Notes under the pieces: generated by a model
What the model was told of the DNA's origin: nothing
What the model saw: only the letters and a program-made list of their open reading frames with translations
The model's database searches: none
Source of the DNA: Polyangiaceae bacterium
GTDB lineage: Bacteria > Myxococcota_A > Polyangia > Polyangiales > Polyangiaceae
Length of the DNA: 64,000 nucleotides
NCBI GenBank assembly: GCA_044376115.1
Contig: JBILLK010000005.1
Location: forward strand, 128,001-192,000
Direction: 5' to 3'
Made by a program: the position numbers and the translations under genes
In this document: positions 29,755 to 37,726 of the stretch, one piece after another
Layout: the number at the start of each line of letters is the position of its first letter
Numbering within the stretch: the stretch's first letter is position 1

Positions 29755-31467
29755 ATGCGGCTCATGCTGATACGTGGTGGAGCGATTGCACTTCTCGCCT
29801 CGTTGATCGCCGTGGGCGCTTGCAAGGGCTCGATTGGGGATCCGACCGGCGGCGGAGCTGGTTCCAACGACGACGGGGATGGATGTGTTGGCTGCACACC
29901 CGAGGGTTTGGAGATCGCAAATTCCTCTCGGTTCCCGAGGCTCTCGCACTCCCAATGGGAGAACACCGTCCAAGACTTGTTTAAGTTGCCGGTGCCTACT
30001 GGGCAGTCTGCGGGCTTTGCAGCCGACCCACTGAGCGGGAAGTTGTTCGACAACAATGTCGTGACGCTTGAGGTGAACAGCGCGCTGTGGGCGGACTACC
30101 AACGAGCTGCGGAGGACGTCGCGACGCAGGTGACAGCGGACGCGGAACTTCTCTCACATATTGCGCCGACCACTCTGCCTACTGCACCTATCGAGCGGCG
30201 CGACGCCTTCCTCGATAGCTTCGTCAAACGGGCGTATCGCAGACCCGCCTCCGATGCTGAACTTGCCCGAATCGCGACGGTGTTCGACCAAGGTTTAACC
30301 CATTATCCAGAGATGGACCCGTTCGCTGCGGGAGTCCGTATGACCATCGAAGCGGTCCTGCAGTCGCCCCACTTTCTCTATCGCACGGAGCTAGCGACGT
30401 CCGAGCAGGACCTTGTCGCGTTAACCGACTATGAGCTTGCGTCGAGACTCTCGTACGCGCTTTGGAACTCGATGCCAGATGATGAGCTCTTTGCTGCAGC
30501 CGATCGAGGGGACCTCGCTTCGGCCGATACGCTCGGAATCGAGGTCGACAGGTTGCTCGCAGACGAGAGAACGAGCCAGACCTTCCGCCGGTTTTTCGAT
30601 CAACTCGGACACGGTGAGGAGTACGAGCAGCTAGATAAGAGCGATACGCTCTACCCCACATTCAACAGTGAAACGGCGCTGGGGTTACGCGAGGAACTCG
30701 GGAGGTTCGTTTCCCACGTCGTTGACGGGGGCGGTGGCCTCTCGGAATTGCTGCTCGACCGCACGACGTTCGTGACCGCAAGCACCGCCGAAATCTACGG
30801 CATTGACCCGAGCACACTAAGCTTTGATGCCAGTGGCTTCGCGCAGGTCGAGCTCGACTCGTCACAGCGAGCCGGCCTGCTGACTCGGGCTGGCTTCCTC
30901 GCGTGGCGCGGTACCTCGGCGCAGCCGGACACCATCCTTCGAGGGGTCTACGTTGCAAAGAGTGTCATTTGTACCCCGCTCGGAGAGCCGCCGGATGAGG
31001 CGGCTGGCGCGATGTTCGGTGATGAGATGACCAACCGGCAGCGTGTGGAGGCTCTCACCGGCCCGGGCACTTGCGGCGCATCCTGTCACGGTCAGGTGAT
31101 TAACCCGCTCGGGTTCGCGTTTGAGCATTACGGGGCAGCAGGTGAATGGCGGGACATGGATAGTGGTCTACCCATCGACGCGAGCGCCACGTTCAACCTC
31201 GATGGGGTCGATGCCTCGTACGCAAACGCGGTTGAGCTATCAGCTCTTATCGCCAAGAGCCGTTCTGCGCACCAATGCTTCGCTAGCTCATGGATTGAGT
31301 TCGCCTTGGGCCGCGACCTCGTTCCCGAGGACCTAGGCTTTTCCGAGTTGGTCGCGGACGAGTCCGTTGCGGGTGCCCCAATCCGCGATGTGCTTCGAGC
31401 GTTGCTGTTGAGCGACGTGTTCCGATATCGAAGAACCGATCCTGAGGTAGGGCAGGTGGGACCATGA
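29755..31467 (+). CDS. DUF1592-family lipoprotein (DUF1587/1595/1592/1588/1585 architecture)
   Basis: Lipobox VGAC; RLSHSQWENTVQDL; AYRRP; LQSPHFLYR; YELASRLSYALWNSMPD; RAGLLT; CGASCH; INPLGFAFE. Confidence 0.9.
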   Translation: MRLMLIRGGAIALLASLIAVGACKGSIGDPTGGGAGSNDDGDGCVGCTPEGLEIANSSRFPRLSHSQWENTVQDLFKLPVPTGQSAGFAADPLSGKLFDNNVVTLEVNSALWADYQRAAEDVATQVTADAELLSHIAPTTLPTAPIERRDAFLDSFVKRAYRRPASDAELARIATVFDQGLTHYPEMDPFAAGVRMTIEAVLQSPHFLYRTELATSEQDLVALTDYELASRLSYALWNSMPDDELFAAADRGDLASADTLGIEVDRLLADERTSQTFRRFFDQLGHGEEYEQLDKSDTLYPTFNSETALGLREELGRFVSHVVDGGGGLSELLLDRTTFVTASTAEIYGIDPSTLSFDASGFAQVELDSSQRAGLLTRAGFLAWRGTSAQPDTILRGVYVAKSVICTPLGEPPDEAAGAMFGDEMTNRQRVEALTGPGTCGASCHGQVINPLGFAFEHYGAAGEWRDMDSGLPIDASATFNLDGVDASYANAVELSALIAKSRSAHQCFASSWIEFALGRDLVPEDLGFSELVADESVAGAPIRDVLRALLLSDVFRYRRTDPEVGQVGP

Positions 31468-32822
31468 AACGAAGAAATATCCTTCGAGGTGCTTTCGGCG
31501 CGATAGTGGCTCTTCCGTTCCTGGAGGGTCTTGCGCCTAAGCGGCGCGTAGCCGCCGCTACTGCGCCGTTTGCAGTGTTTGTTCGTCAAGGAAACGGTGT
31601 TCAGCAAGCTGTCGACGGCGAGCCCGAACGCTATTGGCCTTCTGCGGGCCCTGGCGCCTTGTCGGCAGCGACGCTCTCGGCAGACTCCGGTCGTGCGTTG
31701 TCTGAGCTAGGCGCCTTTGCCGACAAGTTAGCGATTGTGCGTGGCCTTCGTTTTGCGTTTCCAGGAAACGGCTGTGGTCATTCGGGTGGCGGGAATCAGG
31801 TTCTCACGGCGGCCCGCGTGTCAGTCGATCCGGCTGGAAATGAATCCTTATCGATGGGGGAGTCGATCGATAATCGTATCTCGCGGGAAGTAGGAGCTGA
31901 CGGCGAGGAACCGCTGACGCTCTACGCAGGAAGGAAGTTTGGCTATCTGGACGAGGTGCTCTCGTATCGCGGTGCGCTGGATATTCGCGGTGCCGAGCGG
32001 GACCCGTTCAATGTCTATCAAGATCTGTTTGGACTCGCTGGGGTCGGCGAGGAGGAGCTCGAGAAGCTCCGGCTTCGTCGCAAGAGCGTCAACGATCTGG
32101 TGAGAGAGGAGATGGTCTCGTTGCGCAGTCGGACCGATCTTTCGGCTGCTGATCGACAACGCCTGGACCGTCATTTCGATGCAATCCGAGATTTGGAGCA
32201 GAACCTCTCCTGCGAGCTTTCGGACGAAGAGGTGTTGGACCTGAATGCCGTCGTGGCGGTGCTCGATGATGATTCGATGATCGAAACCATCATGCGACGT
32301 CACTACGACCTTTTGGCAATTACGATGGCTTGCGGCGTGAAGCGCGCCGCTACCCTGCAGATCGGTTGTGGCAACGACCAAACGCAGTACGTCGTCGACG
32401 GCGTTCAGCAGCTTCCCTTCCACAAGATCTCCCATCGAATCAACTCCGATGGCGACACGGGTGATCCGATTCCAGGAGCCGACCTCCTGCATCACAAGAT
32501 CGACCGCATCGTTCTCTCGGGTTTCCGCTACTTCCTCGAACGGCTTGAGGCCGCCGATGCACTTGACTCGGGCGTCGTTTGTCTAACGAACGACCTCTCG
32601 AACAAGTGGCATAGTTACGACGGCGTCCCTTACATCTTGGCCGGCAGCGCTGGCGGAGCCTTGAAGACGGGGCTCTACATTGATGCCGGCGGTGCTACCA
32701 ACAACCTGCTCTTGAATACGATCGGTGCAGCTGTTGGGTGCAAGAACGACTCGGGTGGACCGCTTGATGACTTTGGTGACCCCTCGCTTGAGAAGGGCTT
32801 CATCAACGAGCTACTCGTCTGA
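31464..32822 (+). CDS. DUF1552 (HXXSHH) family protein with Tat-like leader
   Basis: KRRNILRG...ALPFLE leader and FHKISH motif; overlaps the DUF1592 gene by 4 bp, the usual pairing. Confidence 0.88.
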   Translation: MKRRNILRGAFGAIVALPFLEGLAPKRRVAAATAPFAVFVRQGNGVQQAVDGEPERYWPSAGPGALSAATLSADSGRALSELGAFADKLAIVRGLRFAFPGNGCGHSGGGNQVLTAARVSVDPAGNESLSMGESIDNRISREVGADGEEPLTLYAGRKFGYLDEVLSYRGALDIRGAERDPFNVYQDLFGLAGVGEEELEKLRLRRKSVNDLVREEMVSLRSRTDLSAADRQRLDRHFDAIRDLEQNLSCELSDEEVLDLNAVVAVLDDDSMIETIMRRHYDLLAITMACGVKRAATLQIGCGNDQTQYVVDGVQQLPFHKISHRINSDGDTGDPIPGADLLHHKIDRIVLSGFRYFLERLEAADALDSGVVCLTNDLSNKWHSYDGVPYILAGSAGGALKTGLYIDAGGATNNLLLNTIGAAVGCKNDSGGPLDDFGDPSLEKGFINELLV

Positions 32823-32887
32823 CCCAAAGAAGCTCCGGCGCTGTGTGAACGGCTTGCGGCCGTTTTCGAGTTGCGACATGTTTGGAC

Positions 32888-34342
32888 GTGGCGACCGTAT
32901 TGCCGATTAACGGCGCAGTGTTTTCGATAGCCGAGCTGCTCCTTGTTCTGCGAGGTGTCACCGTTGCCTCGGGCCCCCTTGATGCCTCAAGGGGAGCCGA
33001 GGTTACCGTTGGCGTCTGCACTGACTCACGTCGGCTCGCACCAGGGCAGCTCTTCGTTGCGCTCAACGGTGAGAAGTTTGATGGGCATGAGCACGTGGCA
33101 GCCGCGGCGGCCAGTGGGGCTCAAGTTGTAGTGGTTGAGAAGGAGGTCTCAGCTCCACCGGGCTGCCTCGTTCTGCGCGTTCCCAACACGTTGACCGCGC
33201 TCGCCCAACTTGCTCGGCTGCATCGCGAGCGCTGGAGCCGCAACCAACCGTCTCGGCAGTTGATTGGCATCACAGGTTCCGCCGGCAAAACAACGACCCG
33301 GCACGCCGTCGGGCACTTGCTCCGCGCGTTAGGGCACAACACGCATACCTCCTTGGGCAATCTCAATAACGCGATCGGCGCACCGATGAGCTTGCTCGGG
33401 TTGGAGCCCGGGCACGAGCTTGGCGTCATTGAAATGGGGATGAATTCGCCAGGCGAGATCGCCCATCTGGCCGCGACAGCGAGGCCAACCATCGGCTTGG
33501 TTACGCTGGTTGCTCACGCTCACACCGAGGGAGTTGGAGATGTTTGGGGGGTCCTTCGCGAGAAGAGTTCGTTGCTCGCCGCCCTTGGCCCGGAGGGCGT
33601 GGCGATCGTCAATGGGGATGACCCGCTTACAAGAGCCTGCCTTGCTGTGTCTCCGGCTCGTCGCTCTTTGGTTTACGGGGTTGCTTCGGACGCTGCCGTC
33701 AGGTTGGTAGAGCGCAAGGTGCTGTCGCTCGAACTGAATCAGCTTGTGATGCAAGTCGACAGGCGAGTGCTTCGTGCGAACGTTCAGCTGCTGGGCCATG
33801 CAGGCGCACTCGCGTGCCTCGCGGCCGTGGCGACTGCGCTGGCCGTTGATCGAGATGTGTCGGCTGAACAGCTTGAGACAGCATTGCAGGCGATCCCGCC
33901 CAACGAAGCTGGGCGGCTTGATGTAAGTGCTTTGCCGGATGGCACCGTGCTCATCAACGACGCATACAACGCGAATCCGGCATCCATGATTTCCAGCATC
34001 AATGTCGCGCGGGAGTTGGCGGACGCACTGGGGCGACCGTTGGTGCTCGCGCTCGGAACGATGTTTGAACTCGGGTGTGAGAGTGATGCTTTGCACCACG
34101 CGGTTGGGGTCGCGGCCCACTCAGCGAAGCCCAAGGCTGCTTTGATCGTAGGAGCCGGCGCGCGCGCCCTGTTCGAAGGCTGTGCCCTCGGACTTGAAGC
34201 CACGAATTACGTGGCTGAGCCGCTCGAGGCGGAGGCGAGCTTTCTCGAGATGGTTGCGCCCGGCGATGTTGTGTTGGTGAAGGCGTCGAATTCTCTGGGT
34301 CTCGGGCGACTCGCGCAACGCTTAAAGGAAGCTCGCTCATGA
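32888..34342 (+). CDS. murF: UDP-MurNAc-tripeptide:D-Ala-D-Ala ligase
   Basis: Motifs TDSR, LFVALNGEKFDGH, ITGSAGKTT, GNLNNAIG, EMGMNSPGEI, DAYNANP, MFELG and LVKAS. Start taken as GTG 32888. Confidence 0.93.
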   Translation: MATVLPINGAVFSIAELLLVLRGVTVASGPLDASRGAEVTVGVCTDSRRLAPGQLFVALNGEKFDGHEHVAAAAASGAQVVVVEKEVSAPPGCLVLRVPNTLTALAQLARLHRERWSRNQPSRQLIGITGSAGKTTTRHAVGHLLRALGHNTHTSLGNLNNAIGAPMSLLGLEPGHELGVIEMGMNSPGEIAHLAATARPTIGLVTLVAHAHTEGVGDVWGVLREKSSLLAALGPEGVAIVNGDDPLTRACLAVSPARRSLVYGVASDAAVRLVERKVLSLELNQLVMQVDRRVLRANVQLLGHAGALACLAAVATALAVDRDVSAEQLETALQAIPPNEAGRLDVSALPDGTVLINDAYNANPASMISSINVARELADALGRPLVLALGTMFELGCESDALHHAVGVAAHSAKPKAALIVGAGARALFEGCALGLEATNYVAEPLEAEASFLEMVAPGDVVLVKASNSLGLGRLAQRLKEARS

Positions 34343-35736
34343 CGGCTGACGCGTTCAAGTTGAAGCAGCGGACGAGTTTGCGCGGCGCTCGTGTGGTTGT
34401 CGTTGGTCTGGGCAAGAGCGGAGTCGCTGCTGCGTCTCTTTGTGCGCGAGCAGGCGCGAGCGTGCTTGGGATCGATGGCCAACCGGTGGAGCGGCTCTCT
34501 TCGGACGCGCAGGCTCTAGCCAGTCAAGGCGTAGAGCTTCGCGGGGGAGGGCTCGAGCCTTTCGACTATGCTGACTCGCAGCTGGTGGTTGTTTCGCCAG
34601 GTGTTCCTTCTTTTGCAGCTCTTCGTGACGCCGAGCTGCGTGGCGCACGGGTGATCGGTGAGATCGAGCTTGCCTCGTGGTTCTTGCCGCAGCTCCCCAT
34701 TTTGGCGGTAACTGGTTCCAACGGGAAGAGCACAACGGTCACGCTGCTAGGTGAGCTCCTGCGGGCAATGGGCCGAACTCCATTTGTTGGGGGCAACCTG
34801 GGAGATCCACCGTGCGCGTTCGTATCGCCAGAAGGCGCCTTTCCATACGACGTCGTCGTACTGGAAGTATCCAGCTTTCAGGCGGAGCGCGTGCCGTCCT
34901 TTCGCGCAAACGCTACCGCGTTGCTGAACGTGTCGCCCAATCACCTCGACCGCTACGATGACTTTGCTGGCTACGTTCGCGCCAAGGGCAATCTCTTCCA
35001 GAACCAGGTTGCGGGTGACCTTGCGGTCGTTCCTGCTGATGACCCGCTTTGCGTAAAGGAGGCCCAACGTGGTGGAGCGCGGCTCCTGCGCTTTGGGTCG
35101 GCCGAATGCACCGACGCGGATATCGTTTTCACACGCACCGAAATCGTCGATCGAGTGCGTGGGTTCGCGCTGTCGCGTGAGGAGATCCCGCTGCCCGGGG
35201 ATCACAACGCCCTCAACGTATGCGCGGCGCTGGCGTTGCTCAATCCGTGGCAGCCAGACGTGGACGTTTTGCGGCGTGCGTTGGCCGACTTCAAAGGCCT
35301 TCCTCATAGAATTGTGAAGGTGCTCAGCTACGGCGGTGTGAACTTCTACGACGATTCAAAGGGCACCAACGTTGGTGCGACCGTTGCCGCCATTCGCGGC
35401 CTTCCGGAAACGAAGGTAGTCCTCATTGCTGGCGGGCGGGACAAGCTCGGCTCGTACGAGCCGCTAGCCAAGGCAATGCTTGAACGCGGGCGCGCGGCGA
35501 TCCTGATTGGTGAGGCCGCCGAGAAGATCGGTGACGCTCTTAGCGGGTCGGTTGCGGTCACGCGCGCAGCAACAATGACTGAGGCGGTAGAGCGCGCTGC
35601 CCAAGCGGCGCTTCCAGGTGATGCGGTCCTTTTGAGTCCAGCTTGTTCGAGCTTCGACATGTTCCGCGATTACAAGCATCGCGGCGATACGTTCGTGGAG
35701 GCAGCTCAGCGTTTGGTGACCCTTGGACTTATATAA
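34339..35736 (+). CDS. murD: UDP-MurNAc-L-Ala:D-glutamate ligase
   Basis: Motifs GLGKSG, VSPG, TGSNGKST, GGNLG, LEVSSFQ, HLDRY, DDSKGTN and LSPACSSFD. Confidence 0.95.
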   Translation: MTADAFKLKQRTSLRGARVVVVGLGKSGVAAASLCARAGASVLGIDGQPVERLSSDAQALASQGVELRGGGLEPFDYADSQLVVVSPGVPSFAALRDAELRGARVIGEIELASWFLPQLPILAVTGSNGKSTTVTLLGELLRAMGRTPFVGGNLGDPPCAFVSPEGAFPYDVVVLEVSSFQAERVPSFRANATALLNVSPNHLDRYDDFAGYVRAKGNLFQNQVAGDLAVVPADDPLCVKEAQRGGARLLRFGSAECTDADIVFTRTEIVDRVRGFALSREEIPLPGDHNALNVCAALALLNPWQPDVDVLRRALADFKGLPHRIVKVLSYGGVNFYDDSKGTNVGATVAAIRGLPETKVVLIAGGRDKLGSYEPLAKAMLERGRAAILIGEAAEKIGDALSGSVAVTRAATMTEAVERAAQAALPGDAVLLSPACSSFDMFRDYKHRGDTFVEAAQRLVTLGLI

Positions 35737-35820
35737 GTGTAGGACTTTGTTTCGATTTTACTTATCGAAGTGAAGCGGGTGCACTTGCGAACAGCACTGG
35801 GAGGACCACAGGTTGAAGTT

Positions 35821-36135
35821 ATGACGAAGTCCACCTCCAACAATCAGGCTCCAAGTCAAACCCTCATCGCGTTGCACGCCATGCGTGCAATGTCCCTTGC
35901 CCAGGCAGAAGGCCGAAGGATAACCGCGATGGATTTGGCTACTGATCTTGGAGTTCGCCGTAGTGACATTAGAGCTGTGGTGGCCGAACTCGATCGCCAA
36001 GGCCTGGTTGATGCGCTTCGGATGAAGCTCACCCTCGTCGGATTTGGCTACGTCGCAGGAATGGCTGGCAGCAAGCTTGCGGATCAGCCGTTGCGAAAAC
36101 CGCGCCGCGAGCTGTCGCTCCTTCGCGCTGCCTAG
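35821..36135 (+). CDS. Small winged-helix DNA-binding protein
   Basis: ITAMDLATDLGVRRSDIRAVVAELDRQGLVD..RMKLTLVG matches a wHTH pattern; ends in LLRAA. Confidence 0.65.
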   Translation: MTKSTSNNQAPSQTLIALHAMRAMSLAQAEGRRITAMDLATDLGVRRSDIRAVVAELDRQGLVDALRMKLTLVGFGYVAGMAGSKLADQPLRKPRRELSLLRAA

Positions 36136-36188
36136 CCCGTCGTTTGGTGCGATTCGACGAAGCTCGGATTTCTGCATAGGCTGCAGGC

Positions 36189-36995
36189 ATGCCCGAAGTG
36201 CTGGCAGTGCTGACGTCGTTTCCAACTGCGGTCTTCACCACGGTCATGCTGCTCTGCTTGGTCTACTGGACCTTCGTCATTCTCGGAGCACTCGATCTTG
36301 ATTTTCTTGGGGGCGCAGAAGGTCATGCCGACGGCGCGCTTGAAGGTGCAGCCAAGGGCGCGATGCAGGGCGTGTTTGAAGGAGCCGATGCGATCGACGC
36401 GAAGTCGGGGATGGTGGGTGGTCACCTTGAAGCGGACGGAGACTTCGCCGCCTCTGTTTTCGGCCTGGATTCACTTCGTCGCGTGCCGGTCACGATTTCA
36501 CTGAGCTTCTTCGCTCTTTTGGGCCTTTTGGCCTCCGGGCTGGTCTGCCTCTCGATTGGGTCTCATGGCTGGTTGGTCGAGAGTGGAGTCTTCATCGGCT
36601 CCAGCCTCGTCTCACTTGTGGCGACTTCGTTCGCTGTTCGGCCGCTCGGTAAGCTCTTTGCCACCAACAAGGCGGTACAGAAGCGAGACCTGATTGGGAA
36701 GGTTGCCGAGGTGAGTACGGGCGAGGTCAACGAGTCGTTCGGGCAAGCGGTTCTCGAGGACGGAGGGGCAAGCCTGATTCTTCAGATTCGAGACTCCCAA
36801 GGCAACTTGGTGCGTGGCGATAAGGTGCTGCTCGTCGATCTGAACGAAGAGAACGGGACCTACACTGTGGAGCGCATGCCACCGGGGTTCTCCGGTGAAG
36901 GTCGTCGCTTTTTGAACGACCGCGGTCGCGAGGACCCAGTCGCCCCTGAGCGCGAGCCTGATGAAAAGGTTCGCGCCTCTGGGAAGCTGGACTAA
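36189..36995 (+). CDS. YqiJ/NfeD-like membrane protein with C-terminal OB fold (flotillin partner)
   Basis: N-terminal TM (FPTAVFT...YW..VILGALDLD), acidic Gly/Asp loop, VPVTI plus two TMs, and LIGKVAEV..GEV..SFGQA...GD.VLLVD OB fold. Confidence 0.85.
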   Translation: MPEVLAVLTSFPTAVFTTVMLLCLVYWTFVILGALDLDFLGGAEGHADGALEGAAKGAMQGVFEGADAIDAKSGMVGGHLEADGDFAASVFGLDSLRRVPVTISLSFFALLGLLASGLVCLSIGSHGWLVESGVFIGSSLVSLVATSFAVRPLGKLFATNKAVQKRDLIGKVAEVSTGEVNESFGQAVLEDGGASLILQIRDSQGNLVRGDKVLLVDLNEENGTYTVERMPPGFSGEGRRFLNDRGREDPVAPEREPDEKVRASGKLD

Positions 36996-37004
36996 GTACC
37001 GAGA

Positions 37005-37463
37005 GTGGTCCCTTTTCTGTTGCCTGTTGCAGTCGCACTCATGTCGGTGCTTGCGATCTGCCTGGTCGTGTTCTTGCGGTACTACCAAGTGGCAACGCCC
37101 GGAACTGCGCTGGTCCGGAAAGATCAGAGTCATCAACAGCGCGTGGTGCTGCTTGGCGGGGCGTTCGGTCCAAGCAGCGCGTTTGACCGGCTGCTGATGA
37201 CCGAGCGACAAATCGAAATTGAGGGGCAAGCCGTGCTTTCACTTCGGCCGGCGCAGAGCGAGAGTGCCGTGTTGCAAATCGCTTCATCGCTTGGTTGCAC
37301 GCGAGCGAACGATGATGTCGTGCTGATGCAAGTGTTACAAGCCGCGCTAAAGCGCGATCTGCCGATCGTTGATGGCACGACCTTTGAGTCTCGTGCTCGT
37401 GCCGTGGTCGAATCTGAGCTGCCAGGATTTGCGCTGACGTCAGCCGTTGTGACACGGAGCTAG
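37005..37463 (+). CDS. Truncated SPFH-domain paralog (TM plus mini band-7 domain, no coiled coil)
   Basis: Aligns by eye with the N-terminus of the next gene, e.g. VLQIASSLGCTRAND vs VLKVAQAIGCARASD and ELPGFAL vs DLNGFVL. Confidence 0.7.
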   Translation: MVPFLLPVAVALMSVLAICLVVFLRYYQVATPGTALVRKDQSHQQRVVLLGGAFGPSSAFDRLLMTERQIEIEGQAVLSLRPAQSESAVLQIASSLGCTRANDDVVLMQVLQAALKRDLPIVDGTTFESRARAVVESELPGFALTSAVVTRS

Positions 37464-37726
37464 CGAGACAAAATCGAGCCTCAGGATTCACCGCTCGACC
37501 GATTGTCTATGGACATTCGCGCCCGGCGTCTCACCTTGGGGAGCGGTTGATTTTGGTGTCGCTTACAAGCTTAGAATTATTGGTCTAATCGTTTTTCTGG
37601 GGGACCTAGCGCCGCCCGCCTGTGGGGCCTTCAATCTCGTGTACCATCCGACCGCCCAACCGGGATGGGAGGGTTGTCGCGGGGTGCGCTCGTGTGCCGC
37701 AGGCCCGATCGAAGGAGCCATCGTTC

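Noticed and set aside
35720..35770. Possible dif site in the AT-rich palindromic stretch
   Set aside because: It has no match to the XerD arm TTATGTTAAAT or the 11-6-11 layout.
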